Numbered from the stretch's first letter, positions 53,167-63,986 are shown. The stretch: DNA of 64,000 bases from Parcubacteria group bacterium (GCA_028286615.1 JAQBRG010000004.1:36480-100479); one strand, 5' to 3'. Made by a program: numbers and translations. The notes: generated from the sequence alone by a model not told the origin.

Positions 53167-54066
53167 CTACTCAACAGGCTCTCTGTAAGGATCAGTGCCG
53201 TAGTTTTTCATATCAGGAGCCTTCCTGAATGGAGAAGCGGAAGGCACTGGAGTATGAGGTAGATTTAAAGGAATCGGCACGTATTCTTCTTGGAACGCAC
53301 GTTTTGGAGCCTCCGGTACTTCTGGTGTTGTGTTTGCTAGTGGATTGATACCATTTTTAAGCATCTCCATGTCTTTTGCCATGGTGCGCATTTCCCTGTG
53401 TTCAGGTTGCGACACGGAGACGTCAGGTGGCTGTGTAGTAGGAGTCTCTGCTTTTGGAATTGGCGCGGACCACGTTACCGGTACTTCGACAGGCTTGCCT
53501 TCAGGCACGAGCTCTGAAGACCCAGGAAGTGTTACTGGCAAAGCCGGAGCAGGCTGAATAATTGGTGCTAGCGCCTGATGCGGCGCTGAATTTATAACGT
53601 TAATTGGCGAAGGAATTGATGACGCAGGCACAGGAAGTGCGACGGGAGCCGGTGCGACTGGTAGCGATGGGGGCGGAACAAGCGCAGGGACTGGCAAAGG
53701 ATCAGGTTTTTGAGGCTGTGTCTGAATAGGTTGTGGAGGCTGCGGCTCACGAACACCGTCTCTTTCGGCTTTCCTTAATGGCGTAAAGACTTCTCGGTTC
53801 ACGTCGGCGACAATTGCTGTAACTGTAGCAGGGTCCAACTGCATCGCATTGAGAGACTCAACAAAGGTTTCAGGAGTCTCCTGTCCTAAAAGCATTAGCA
53901 ATAGCTCACGTTCCAGTGCCCCGCCCTGGTCAATGTGGAGAGAGTACCTCTCCATAATGGCGTGTGCCGTATCAGGCAGATCGTTAAGAATGAAGTCGCG
54001 CACAGGGAACGGCACCTTAGCTATAAGGCTTGAGATGCTTTGTTCTAGAGCCAGATTCTCATCCAT
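53167..54066 (-). CDS. proline-rich hypothetical protein
   Basis: Long proline-rich low-complexity middle region. Confidence 0.4.
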   Translation of the reverse strand: MDENLALEQSISSLIAKVPFPVRDFILNDLPDTAHAIMERYSLHIDQGGALERELLLMLLGQETPETFVESLNAMQLDPATVTAIVADVNREVFTPLRKAERDGVREPQPPQPIQTQPQKPDPLPVPALVPPPSLPVAPAPVALPVPASSIPSPINVINSAPHQALAPIIQPAPALPVTLPGSSELVPEGKPVEVPVTWSAPIPKAETPTTQPPDVSVSQPEHREMRTMAKDMEMLKNGINPLANTTPEVPEAPKRAFQEEYVPIPLNLPHTPVPSASPFRKAPDMKNYGTDPYREPVE

Positions 54067-54071
54067 ACTTT

Positions 54072-56534
54072 CTAAGTGTGTGGAGCAGCACCATGAGCGT
54101 CACCTCCTGCTGGTGCGCCGGCAGGAGCGTGCGCCGGCGCTGCTGGCGCGTCTTCCTCATCATCCTTTTCAGCTGCCTTCTTGATTTTTGCCAGAGCTTG
54201 ATCAAGATCGCTACCCTTGCCCTTACGAATATTCGCCGCTGCTTCATGGTCGGCATGGTTTCCAACCGATCCAGGAAGGTATACATTTCCATGCAGGCCT
54301 TCAAGGTATGTATCAGTCTTCTGTTGCTCAGCTCGATTGCTCCATGCCTTTAACCTGACTTCAAGCTCTTTCTGTTGTGCTGCCAAACGCTTACCATCAG
54401 CGTCTCCTTCTATAATCTCGTCACCGATCTTTACGTCAGCACCATTCAAACGATCGTACTCAGTTGTTCGTCGCTTGAGTTCCTCACGTGCACGCTCAAG
54501 ACCCGCCTTATCGTTTGCAAGACGTGCTTTCTGCACCTTTACACGTTGCTCCTCAATAAGGTTTAGCTGATCGGCCAAATGCTCCGCGCGCCGCTTCTTA
54601 ACTTCAATTAGCTCCTCCTCTACCTCGGTTGCAACGCCTCGCTGCTTCTCGCTTGGTTTGAGGGTCTTCTTTAGGAAGTCCTCTCGGTCCTTAACTGCCT
54701 TCTCCTCAATACCATGGAAACCGTGTGCCGCAGTCTTGTTTGCTTGGCCAAAATCCAACTTAACTTTTCCATTTTTTCCAGCAGCCGTTGCCAGATTTCG
54801 TGCGCTATAGCTCGCAGTAGCCCCCTTGTTTGCGAAATTGTATGCAAGTCTTGCCTGTCCCGGATGATTCTGTGCCCACTCAGAAGTTCTAATGCGCTGC
54901 GCCACTGAATTTGATGCTGCTCCAAGAGTTCGTCTCCCAAGGAATCCATAGGTACCAAGAGCGAGACCTCCTGCTGTTTTCGTTGCATAACCTGCCCCTG
55001 CAGCCCCCAGCTTGGTTGCAGCCATTAAAGACGCAACCATGAATCCAATAACAATAAGAAATATCAATACAACCTGCATATTTCCTGCCACACCATTTCC
55101 TTGCAGAAGAGCATCTGCAAGCGAGGCTTTTCCTTGCATGAGCCCCTCAGTCAACTTGAGACTGATGAAAATGAGAAGGAGATATACAGGAGCAAAGAAT
55201 GACTGAGAAATTAGGGCCTTCCACCAGCTTTTCGCCATTTCTGAAAAGGCGGGTATTGCCATACCCGCGAATCCAATAGGAGATGTGACCATCAAGAGAG
55301 ACAGAACAACCACACGAATGACGAGCATAATCGCGCCCGCCAGGAGTACAACGGCTGTAATAGTTACGAAAATACTCAGACATAGGAGAAAGATTGTATA
55401 TGAGTAGGGCTGCTGGCTTATATTTTTCCACTCATCTCCGAAAGCCGAGCCAATAGTTGAAAGACTAAAAATCTTATCCATGCCCGCGGCATGCATTACG
55501 GCTCCCGCAATACCAACTTGAGAGCAGGCCTCGGGACTTTGGCCCGCAATACAATTCTGTCCAGCTTGTGCGGTAAACACCGACGCAAAGCCATTTGCCA
55601 CATCTATAACAGCCTGTGATGCAAACAAGCTAAAGTTAAGAAGAACAGCAAAAATAATGAGGCCGGGGAGCGCTTTCTTTGCGGTATACCCCTCAACAGC
55701 ACCTGTATTCAAGATGGTTGCAATGCCCATAAATATGAAACCAAAGAGCAGCACAATGTTTCCAATGTCTCGAAGCACTCCCCATGCAATAAGCGTACCC
55801 GCTGAACTTCCGAAGTACGTTCCAAATTCAAACACGGTTCGTATAACTACCCAGTTAAATACAGCTCCTGAGATAGCTAGAAGTATGCCCGAGATACCCA
55901 GAACAATAAGTGCCAGGAAAGAAAAGATGACGCCTGGAATGTTTAAGACACACTGAACAAGATTTGTTATGGAACAACTCTTAAACGCGGCAGCTTGAGT
56001 CTCCGCGCCAGCCAGGTCTTTATCAGCCGCCACCCCACTTGAAGTTTCAACCAAAGGCGTGCCTCCCGTTGCCTGACTTCTGCCGATTGTTTTTCCGGTC
56101 GCGTCATAGAATTGATAACTACTGCTCTCACCAGATACAGCGAGACGACTCTTGTCTGAAGCTACGATATTACATGTGCCTTTGCGAAGAGTTCCCTGAC
56201 TGTCAATCTCAGTTGCTGCGACACAGGTAACACCATAATTCTTGCCACCTGCCGTCAATGTTTTATTGCAGTTCTTTTGAAACGACTGGCTTAGAAGTTC
56301 TGTTGCGGGTGATGTCTTAGTCTCACCGAAACATCCAGACACTAAACTGTCGATATCAGAATTTTGAAGACTAGCAATGATCGCTGTTGTCGACTGGGCG
56401 TGGGCTGCCTGAGGAATTAAAGAGACTGTTCCAAAGAACGAAAATACTACGATAACGCACATGCCAGTAAAGGCACTTTTAAAAAGTGCTTTCGCGTCCA
56501 CTCGTTCGTGTTGAGTACGTCGGAGTGTCTGCAT
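54072..56534 (-). CDS. VirB6/TrbL-like polytopic membrane protein with C-terminal coiled-coil/charged domain
   Basis: Signal peptide, large extracytoplasmic region, then many TM helices, then a charged coiled-coil tail; 820 aa. Confidence 0.45.
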   Translation of the reverse strand: MQTLRRTQHERVDAKALFKSAFTGMCVIVVFSFFGTVSLIPQAAHAQSTTAIIASLQNSDIDSLVSGCFGETKTSPATELLSQSFQKNCNKTLTAGGKNYGVTCVAATEIDSQGTLRKGTCNIVASDKSRLAVSGESSSYQFYDATGKTIGRSQATGGTPLVETSSGVAADKDLAGAETQAAAFKSCSITNLVQCVLNIPGVIFSFLALIVLGISGILLAISGAVFNWVVIRTVFEFGTYFGSSAGTLIAWGVLRDIGNIVLLFGFIFMGIATILNTGAVEGYTAKKALPGLIIFAVLLNFSLFASQAVIDVANGFASVFTAQAGQNCIAGQSPEACSQVGIAGAVMHAAGMDKIFSLSTIGSAFGDEWKNISQQPYSYTIFLLCLSIFVTITAVVLLAGAIMLVIRVVVLSLLMVTSPIGFAGMAIPAFSEMAKSWWKALISQSFFAPVYLLLIFISLKLTEGLMQGKASLADALLQGNGVAGNMQVVLIFLIVIGFMVASLMAATKLGAAGAGYATKTAGGLALGTYGFLGRRTLGAASNSVAQRIRTSEWAQNHPGQARLAYNFANKGATASYSARNLATAAGKNGKVKLDFGQANKTAAHGFHGIEEKAVKDREDFLKKTLKPSEKQRGVATEVEEELIEVKKRRAEHLADQLNLIEEQRVKVQKARLANDKAGLERAREELKRRTTEYDRLNGADVKIGDEIIEGDADGKRLAAQQKELEVRLKAWSNRAEQQKTDTYLEGLHGNVYLPGSVGNHADHEAAANIRKGKGSDLDQALAKIKKAAEKDDEEDAPAAPAHAPAGAPAGGDAHGAAPHT

Positions 56535-56538
56535 ATAG

Positions 56539-57939
56539 CTAGTTTATAACGCAGCTTACCGAAAGCTGGCTCAGCTGAGATAGCAACGAATCAGTACCCG
56601 CTGATGCTTGTGATTCTGACTCTGCAACTTCAGTAGGTGTTGGGAGAATGTCTGAGTTCGGCCCGTCAAAACCCTGGAAGTCTTCAGACAATTTGTTTAG
56701 ATCAGCAAGCTTGCCACCAGTTGCAATTGCGCTTTTCGCTTGAGATTGAAGCTTGCCAAGTTCGGCCGTGGCATTAGCTGCTTTAACTAGTGCGGCAGAA
56801 GCGCTATTGAGTGCGGGCTGCACAATGGTACTTATCGCCTGCGTGTTGTTTCGACTAGAACATGCACTAAGTGCCTGCTGCCCCGCCGCTTGTATACGCT
56901 GCCAGTTACTTTGGTAATTACTTACCTGACCCAATTCTTCAGTAATTGTTTGAAGGAATGCCTGAGAAAGACTGGCACTCTGCGTATTCGATGCGTTTGT
57001 AAGGTTGTCTGCGTATGAACTGCCTCCTCCTGTAGAAGGTTTGGATAACCCTGCAATGCCACCTTTGCTAAAGGCTTCATTTAGCAGATTGAGTATAGGA
57101 GCACTCGCAAACTCACTGACCTCATCAGCACTGACGGTCTTGTCTATACCCGCACCGAGAGTATGTACAAGGGTGTCGTGAAGTACTGATCCGTTAATTA
57201 TGATTGGCGAATTGGGACACTCCTTGGATGAACCTAAGGAGACATCTCCTGAAGATCCACACGTCCCGTGGTATGAACCGATTCCCTGTCCCCAGTTAAT
57301 TTCTGTAAGCCTGTTCCCCTCCGCGTTTCCTACGCTGCCTTCAAACGCTTGCTGGGTAAGAAGTGTAGAACCATAAGGATTATTCTGTGGATTCATAAAG
57401 CTCGAGAATAGAGCATCAAGGCCTCCTTTGGAGAAGTCTCCGTTTGTGAATGCGGCCGGGTCTGAACTGACTTGATCAAGGGTAAAAGGATTTTGGTTAA
57501 AGACACCGCCTGCACCTGTAGAGCGGTAACGATACTCTCGGAGGTTTTGGCTTAAGTCGTCTCTCCATGGAGATTTAACACTGTTACTCGATTCAAGCTC
57601 TTTCAAAAACGCCTCAGCTTGCGCGTCCCCAACAGAAAGCATGGTCTTGTTAATGTCAGTTACAAAAGCAGGAGAACCATCAAAACCAGAGTTCACAAAG
57701 TTAATCATGCTCTTGTTAAGAGACTGAAGAGCAGAAATACTTTGAATCCAGGCAAGACGGTCGCTTGTAAGCTCTTTAAAAATACCTTTATTTTCAAGAG
57801 CCGCACTCAGTGCATTCTTTACAAGGTTAACTGGGTCAAGAACTGTCTGATACGCCTCTGTTCGTGCGGGCATGGCTGTTAACCCTATACCTAATGCAAG
57901 GGTGAAGACCAAACAAGTTTTTAAGAAGGAGATTTTCAT
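56539..57939 (-). CDS. secreted hypothetical protein
   Basis: Signal peptide; 466 aa. Confidence 0.45.
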   Translation of the reverse strand: MKISFLKTCLVFTLALGIGLTAMPARTEAYQTVLDPVNLVKNALSAALENKGIFKELTSDRLAWIQSISALQSLNKSMINFVNSGFDGSPAFVTDINKTMLSVGDAQAEAFLKELESSNSVKSPWRDDLSQNLREYRYRSTGAGGVFNQNPFTLDQVSSDPAAFTNGDFSKGGLDALFSSFMNPQNNPYGSTLLTQQAFEGSVGNAEGNRLTEINWGQGIGSYHGTCGSSGDVSLGSSKECPNSPIIINGSVLHDTLVHTLGAGIDKTVSADEVSEFASAPILNLLNEAFSKGGIAGLSKPSTGGGSSYADNLTNASNTQSASLSQAFLQTITEELGQVSNYQSNWQRIQAAGQQALSACSSRNNTQAISTIVQPALNSASAALVKAANATAELGKLQSQAKSAIATGGKLADLNKLSEDFQGFDGPNSDILPTPTEVAESESQASAGTDSLLSQLSQLSVSCVIN

Positions 57940-58970
57940 GGTTGTTCATTAGCGACGGCGTCTGCTGCACGTTTAGCAACTTGAACAATAGATGCGCCAG
58001 AAGTTCCGTCTGGGATGTTTGCGCCAACTGCATCAAATACTCCGTTAAGGTTTGCGAATGCGCGTCCAAGATTCGCTCCCCTCTCTTGGTACATTCCAAT
58101 TCCGAAGACTGCTAGAACAGGATCAGTTTTTGTTGCAGCCATGTCAGCCGTTGTCTCACTCATATGCATAAGCGCATTCGCAATTGAAAGATGGGCGTTG
58201 CGTGCTTCGGAAGGAACAGAAAGTTTCATAGCTGCTCGTGCGATGGCTGCGTATGATTTGCTAATTGCAAAAAGTTTCGTGATGGCAGACGAGTCATTCT
58301 TGCTAACCGCGTCTGAGAAATATTCGAGATCCGTTTTGTCCGTAGGGACTGTGTATGTTGCAAAGACCTGCTCAAGATTTGCCGCATAGGTTGCAAGCGC
58401 ATCTGCGCCGCTTCCTCCTGCAACGATGTCCGAAGTGCTATACGTATCCGTTTCAATTTCTTCTGCTTTAAAACTCTGAAGTCCTTGTTCTACGAATGCG
58501 CTTAACTCGGCGGGAGTTGGAGGTGTTGGGCCACGAGTCTTTAGATATTGCGTAAGGAGGCTACGAGCGAATCTGTCTGTAACAGTCGTTGGACCCGCAT
58601 TTACGCCAGGAACGGGGGTATTAACAAGTGAAGTGGAGGTCGCGGTTAATACTTTTGGTTTAACCAGCCCTTGGGAAACAGCGTCTCCATCCTTAGTTCC
58701 CTTCCGCACAGATTCAGGATTGTTTGGATCTGTTCCGTACAACGCTTCTTGCCAATCTGGAAGCTGGTCTCCATCAGTATCTTTTGCTGCGTAACTCTTA
58801 AGGAGTTCTGCAGAAGATTCTGCATCAGCTACATTTGTCTTTCCAAGAAATGGAATTGGTCCCGATGTTGCGTATGCTCCGCCAACAAGGACAACCGCAA
58901 TTACTGATGCGATGATTATGCTAACGGTGCGAGGAGAAGAACCAGCCATATGTTTCCATAATAATAGCAC
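57936..58970 (-). CDS. membrane-anchored hypothetical protein
   Basis: N-terminal TM segment; 344 aa. Confidence 0.45.
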   Translation of the reverse strand: MLLLWKHMAGSSPRTVSIIIASVIAVVLVGGAYATSGPIPFLGKTNVADAESSAELLKSYAAKDTDGDQLPDWQEALYGTDPNNPESVRKGTKDGDAVSQGLVKPKVLTATSTSLVNTPVPGVNAGPTTVTDRFARSLLTQYLKTRGPTPPTPAELSAFVEQGLQSFKAEEIETDTYSTSDIVAGGSGADALATYAANLEQVFATYTVPTDKTDLEYFSDAVSKNDSSAITKLFAISKSYAAIARAAMKLSVPSEARNAHLSIANALMHMSETTADMAATKTDPVLAVFGIGMYQERGANLGRAFANLNGVFDAVGANIPDGTSGASIVQVAKRAADAVANEQP

Positions 58971-59012
58971 CGCTACATCAATCCTTCAGGAAAATGAAGG
59001 ACTTAATGTGTA

Positions 59013-59786
59013 TTAGATTTTCTTTGCAAGCGCGCTCCAAGCAGCAAGAGAAAGATCTTCAGCACGAGCTTTTGGCATTAGCCCAACTTCTTCGAACGCT
59101 AGATATATTTTCTCGAGTGGAGCGAGGATTTCGAGGTTACGCGCGAGGAGTTTTCGCTTATGAGCAAACCCAGCCTTAAGTACTGCAAAAAAGCGTACTT
59201 CCTCGGCAGAGGACTCAAAAAGATCCCCAGAGATGTTTTGAATTGAAAGAACTGCAGAATCTACGTTAGGTGCGGGTATAAAAGCTCCGCAAGGGACAGT
59301 AAAGGCGTATTTGGGAGTCCCATACGCCTTAACTGAGAGTGAAAGAAGGCTTTCTTTCTCGCTTCGGGCAATACGCACCGCCACTTCCTTCTGCACCAGG
59401 AGCGTCATGGAGGTTGGTTTATGGCTGGCAGTCAGGAACTGGCGAATAATCTCTCCAGTTATGTAGTACGGGATGTTTGCTACTAAAACGTAGGGTTTTG
59501 CTAGTGATGTCGGATCAAAAGACCGCACGTCTTGCTGTATAAGTACCAGTCTCCCCTCTTTAATTTCCCCAGCAAAGGTCTCCTCTAGCTGAGGTATCAG
59601 CTCGTTATCTGCCTCAATGGCGATAACTTTCGCTGCTTTCTTGAGCAAGGCACGCGTTAACATTCCGGTTCCAGGGCCTATTTCAAGGACCGTAGCGTTT
59701 TCTGGGAGTTTTGCAGCCTCAACAATGCGCTCCCCTGTCTGGGCGTGCATGAGAAAGTTCTGTCCGAGAGATTTCTTTGCGTACAT
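59013..59786 (-). CDS. rsmA: 16S rRNA (adenine1518/1519-N6)-dimethyltransferase
   Basis: QNFL ... VLEIGPGTGMLT ... NIPYYIT. Confidence 0.9.
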   Translation of the reverse strand: MYAKKSLGQNFLMHAQTGERIVEAAKLPENATVLEIGPGTGMLTRALLKKAAKVIAIEADNELIPQLEETFAGEIKEGRLVLIQQDVRSFDPTSLAKPYVLVANIPYYITGEIIRQFLTASHKPTSMTLLVQKEVAVRIARSEKESLLSLSVKAYGTPKYAFTVPCGAFIPAPNVDSAVLSIQNISGDLFESSAEEVRFFAVLKAGFAHKRKLLARNLEILAPLEKIYLAFEEVGLMPKARAEDLSLAAWSALAKKI

Positions 59787-59791
59787 AGTAT

Positions 59792-61738
59792 CTATATATG
59801 TATAACCTGTTCCCCGTCCGTATCGTCCCCATAGCTAACTTCCATGAGGCTGTCATCAATATCAGCTATAAAAGCAGAGGGCTCTGAGAAGAAATCCGTA
59901 CCATATATACGTCGAATGCGAGCGAGCGTTAGAATAAGCCGTTTCTTAGCTCTTGTAACAGCTACATAGAACAATCTACGCTCCTCTTCCTCGTCTCTCT
60001 CCTCGTTTCCCATGCCCTCATGCGGGAAAAGTCCTTGTTCTAGGCCAGATACGAAAACAGTGTCGAATTCGAGCCCTTTCGCGGCATGAACCGTCATAAG
60101 AGTAACGCCTGTTTTGGTTTTGTCGCGATCTAGTTCGTCCTGGTCTCCGGCAAGTGCCGTATCAGCAAGGAAATTGGCTATTCCCTCCTCTCCAACGAGC
60201 GTATCGTACCGGCTGGCTAGGGTTGCGAGCTCCTTAACGTTTTCTAGGCGTTCCTGGTCTTCTTCCCCTCCCTTTGCAAGGGCATCTCCCATACCGCTTC
60301 GCTCGATAACCAAACGAACAAAGGCTGAAGGAATCATTTCCTTCATTTCTTCGTGTAGTCCCGCGACAACCGCTTCAAATGCTTCAACCTTTAGACGAGC
60401 TGCTGCCGGCAACCCGTCCTTTTGCCCTGCCGCAATCTTTCCAAGGGTAACTTTCCCGATGCCTCGAGAAGGAGATTGCACAGCACGCATGCGATCTGAT
60501 TCGCGTGCAGGATCAAGCGCTAAACGAACCCACGAGAGCACATCCTTAACTTCTTTTCGGTCCAAGAAGCGTGTGCCTAGAAGTTTGTACGGCACTCCCC
60601 CATGCAAGAATGCTTCTTCAATAGCGCGTGACTGGAAGTTTGTTCTATACAGCACTGCTATTTCTTCTGGAGGCGTTCCATTTCGCATGGCTCTCATTGC
60701 CGTACGAGCAATCCAAGTCGCTTCAGCTTCAGCAGTATCAGCAACGTACAAACGTATCTTCTCCCCGTCTGGATTGCTTGTTACCGAATGCTTGTCTTTA
60801 CGATTCCTATTCTTCTCAATTATAGAGTTGGCGGCATCAACAATTGTTTTTGTTGAACGATAGTTATGAGCAAGAACAATGGTTTTTGCTTGAGGATAGG
60901 TCTTTTCGAAAGCGAGAAGGTTCTCGATTGTTGCTCCGCGCCACGTGTAAATTGTTTGATCAATATCCCCCACGACGAACAAATTCTGATGCACGTTCGC
61001 AAGCAGACCTGTAAAACGAGCCTGCAATTCATTGGTGTCCTGGTATTCGTCTACGTGGATGTGGCTGTAAAGCTGCTCTGCTTCTGCGCGGATGTCGGCG
61101 TGTTCTGAAAGAAGTCGTACAGGAAGACAAATGAGATCGTCGAAGTCTAAAGACTTTTCAGCCTTCAGAGTTTTCTCGTATCGAAGCCATACTTCTGCAG
61201 CAATGCGCGAACGGAAACTATCTCTTCCATGTTTCTCATGGAATTCCTGCGCTGTCTTCCCTTCCCCTTTGGCTTTACTAATGCGGCCAAGAATAGCGCG
61301 CGGAGGCATTTCTTTGGGATCTACATCAAGTGCTTTCAATGCTTCGCGGACTGCTCGTTCTGAATCGTCCCGGTCGTAGATAGTGAAATAACGAGGCACT
61401 CCGATGCGAGATCCGTATTTTTCAAGAATCACGCGGCCTAATCCATGGAACGTTGCAACGAGCGGCAGCGGACTGTCGCCCAAGCGCAGAGCAAGACGCT
61501 CTCGCATCTCCCGGGCAGCTTTGTTGGTGAAGGTAACTGCAAGGATTCGATGTGCGGGCACCCCCTCTTTGATGAGATGGTAGATACGAGTAGTTAGAAC
61601 GCGAGTTTTTCCGGACCCAGCTCCAGCAAGGACAGAAATTGGACCGTCTGTGGTTAAGACCGCTTCTCGTTGCGCCTCATTTAATCCTTCAAGGTGCTGC
61701 ATGACTTGCCAAGTATACGCGAATGACGCTCTCCACAC
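59792..61738 (-). CDS. pcrA: UvrD/PcrA-family ATP-dependent DNA helicase
   Basis: AGAGSGKTRVLT Walker A, UvrD motifs. Confidence 0.9.
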   Translation of the reverse strand: MWRASFAYTWQVMQHLEGLNEAQREAVLTTDGPISVLAGAGSGKTRVLTTRIYHLIKEGVPAHRILAVTFTNKAAREMRERLALRLGDSPLPLVATFHGLGRVILEKYGSRIGVPRYFTIYDRDDSERAVREALKALDVDPKEMPPRAILGRISKAKGEGKTAQEFHEKHGRDSFRSRIAAEVWLRYEKTLKAEKSLDFDDLICLPVRLLSEHADIRAEAEQLYSHIHVDEYQDTNELQARFTGLLANVHQNLFVVGDIDQTIYTWRGATIENLLAFEKTYPQAKTIVLAHNYRSTKTIVDAANSIIEKNRNRKDKHSVTSNPDGEKIRLYVADTAEAEATWIARTAMRAMRNGTPPEEIAVLYRTNFQSRAIEEAFLHGGVPYKLLGTRFLDRKEVKDVLSWVRLALDPARESDRMRAVQSPSRGIGKVTLGKIAAGQKDGLPAAARLKVEAFEAVVAGLHEEMKEMIPSAFVRLVIERSGMGDALAKGGEEDQERLENVKELATLASRYDTLVGEEGIANFLADTALAGDQDELDRDKTKTGVTLMTVHAAKGLEFDTVFVSGLEQGLFPHEGMGNEERDEEEERRLFYVAVTRAKKRLILTLARIRRIYGTDFFSEPSAFIADIDDSLMEVSYGDDTDGEQVIHI

Positions 61739-61909
61739 CCGTCTTTTATCTTGGTTGACCCCCTTTCTACAGCGTTTATACTATCCTCATAGAACGAAAC
61801 GACTGCACGCAAGAATGGCTTACATAAGCCATTTTGTAATCTGAAGAACGACTGAAGCTCCCTTGTTCCCCCTATCCAGCACCACACAAAAACTTCTGAC
61901 CCTTCCCCT

Positions 61910-63037
61910 GTGTCTTCGGGACAGAATGCATACTGGATTCCTGGCGCCGTAATCGCCGCAAGCCTACTTCTTGGGATAGGAATCGCCCTAACACCGCACT
62001 CTGCAGGTGCTTTCTGGCCATTTTCTGTAACAAACGCCGCTTCTGGTGTTGATTCTCCTATTATTCATGACAGCAGCATCGATCTTTTGGATGCTGCAAC
62101 CAATTCGGATCCCAATCCAAGCAAGGGAGAGGGCTCCATTGCCATGACTGAGGGATCTGCCCTTATCTCAAACGCGGGTCCTGAGGGAACGGTTTCTGAC
62201 GCAGATCATGGCTCTTCTGGTCAAATTAGTACGTACGTAGTGCGTGATGGGGACTCAATCTCAGAGATTGCAGACACTTTTAACGTTTCTGTTAGTACCA
62301 TCCTTTGGGCAAACGGCCTTACAGCCAAGAGTGCCATTAACCCAGGCATGAAACTGGTTATCCTCCCTGTCTCAGGTGTCAGGCATACTGTTGCTAAGGG
62401 CGAGACGCTTGCGGGTATTGCAAAGAAATATGGCGCAGATACTAGCGATATCGGTTCTTACAACGGCGTGGACGAGGATGCCTCTGTTGCTGTAGGCGAC
62501 GTGCTTATAATTCCTGGTGGAGAAATACAAGCTGCGGCAACAACCAAGGCCAAGACTTCTACAACTAAAACAGCCGCTAAGAGCACCATTAAGACCGGAG
62601 GCAGTCTCTCATCAGTACAGTCAAACCCATTCAAGGGAGGATCTGGCGCTGCTCTTCCTGGATACTTTGGAAATCCTGTTCCGGGCGGACGCCTAACCCA
62701 GGGAGTACACGGCTGGAATGGTGTTGATATAGGCGCTCCTTCAGGTACCCCAGTGTACGCCGCAGCTGCTGGAACCGTTATTGTCTCTCGTGTAGGTGGC
62801 TGGAACGGAGGATACGGCAACTATGTGGTTATAGACCATGGTAACGGCACTCAAAGCCTCTACGCGCACCTCTCAGCAGACAGTGTTTCCGTTGGCGAAA
62901 CAGTAAGCAAGGGTGAAACTGTCGGTTCTGTGGGCAAGACAGGAGAAGCAACAGGTTTCCATCTCCACTTTGAAGTCCGAGGTGCAAAGAACCCATTTGC
63001 AGGCTGTGCGGCTATGAGTTTCTGTAGCCCAGAATAA
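61910..63037 (+). CDS. LysM-domain M23 peptidase
   Basis: Two LysM repeats (YVVRDGDSISEIA..., HTVAKGETLAGIA...), then an M23 HxxxD ... HLHFE zinc motif. Confidence 0.85.
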   Translation: MSSGQNAYWIPGAVIAASLLLGIGIALTPHSAGAFWPFSVTNAASGVDSPIIHDSSIDLLDAATNSDPNPSKGEGSIAMTEGSALISNAGPEGTVSDADHGSSGQISTYVVRDGDSISEIADTFNVSVSTILWANGLTAKSAINPGMKLVILPVSGVRHTVAKGETLAGIAKKYGADTSDIGSYNGVDEDASVAVGDVLIIPGGEIQAAATTKAKTSTTKTAAKSTIKTGGSLSSVQSNPFKGGSGAALPGYFGNPVPGGRLTQGVHGWNGVDIGAPSGTPVYAAAAGTVIVSRVGGWNGGYGNYVVIDHGNGTQSLYAHLSADSVSVGETVSKGETVGSVGKTGEATGFHLHFEVRGAKNPFAGCAAMSFCSPE

Positions 63038-63094
63038 GCTTTGGTAAAGCAAAACGGCCCTCTAGAGAGGGCCGTTTTGCTTTACCTTCCAATA

Positions 63095-63445
63095 CTAAAG
63101 GTGTGCTTTGCAGGTTGGCGCAGCAGGATCTGCTCCAAGACGGTCTTCTTCAATCTCCTCCCCTCCAACCAGACAGACACCGTAGGTTCCAGCTTCGATG
63201 CGTGCGATTGCGGCAAGAACTTCGTTGTATCGAATCTCAAGTTCCTTAAGAATCGCAGTATTGTCTTCAAAGTGTGTAATTAGGTCAGCAGCATCGTTAG
63301 GATCTGCTTCCTTGCCAGTCTCCTGAGGAACAGGCTCCCAATCGTTAGGGTTTTCCGGATTGCGACGGCCAACAGTTAAGAGTTCTGCTTCAAGTGTGGT
63401 CTTCTCCTCTTCGAGGATGGTGCGGTAGTGTGCGGTGTCTTTCAT
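63095..63445 (-). CDS. DksA/TraR-like C-terminal zinc-finger protein (weak)
   Basis: 116 aa with an acidic helical N-terminus and a C-terminal Cys pair. Confidence 0.35.
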   Translation of the reverse strand: MKDTAHYRTILEEEKTTLEAELLTVGRRNPENPNDWEPVPQETGKEADPNDAADLITHFEDNTAILKELEIRYNEVLAAIARIEAGTYGVCLVGGEEIEEDRLGADPAAPTCKAHL

Positions 63446-63485
63446 GGCGCGTACTGTAACACACCGTAGAGGTGTGTACTACACG

Positions 63486-63986
63486 CTACGGCTTAAGACG
63501 TGCGAGAAGTGCGGTAAACGCAGCTTCGTTGCGAGCGATAATGAGTGTCTCTTTGTCAGTATATCCGTAGAGGAGAATCGATCTTCCTGCTGAGTCGCGA
63601 AGTATACGCACGTCATGGTTTGCAACAATCGCATCAACAAATGTTGCAGAGGCATACGCGCTTGAAGAAGGAACGGTAACAGCATCAGGCACGAGTGCAT
63701 CGCTTGAATACGCAGGATAGAGTGCTGCGAGGTCCCGAGCGATACTTGGTTCCCAGGTAAGCATTCCGGCAAAAGTGCGCTCGTATGAGGTGGTGCGCAG
63801 GACAAAGAAGACTCGTGATTCGCTCGCGACATTAATTGCACCAACCGTACTCTCAAGATTTACATTGCGAAGAAGAATGTCTGGAGCTGGAAGTTGAAGT
63901 GCGGCAATAAGGGAGCCTCCCGGAAGTGCCTCCGTCTGCGTAACTCCCTTGCTGTCTGTGTTTGAAGAACTTAGATGCAGTACCAA
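63486..63986 (-). CDS. hypothetical protein
   Basis: 166-aa ORF near the window edge. Confidence 0.35.
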   Translation of the reverse strand: MVLHLSSSNTDSKGVTQTEALPGGSLIAALQLPAPDILLRNVNLESTVGAINVASESRVFFVLRTTSYERTFAGMLTWEPSIARDLAALYPAYSSDALVPDAVTVPSSSAYASATFVDAIVANHDVRILRDSAGRSILLYGYTDKETLIIARNEAAFTALLARLKP

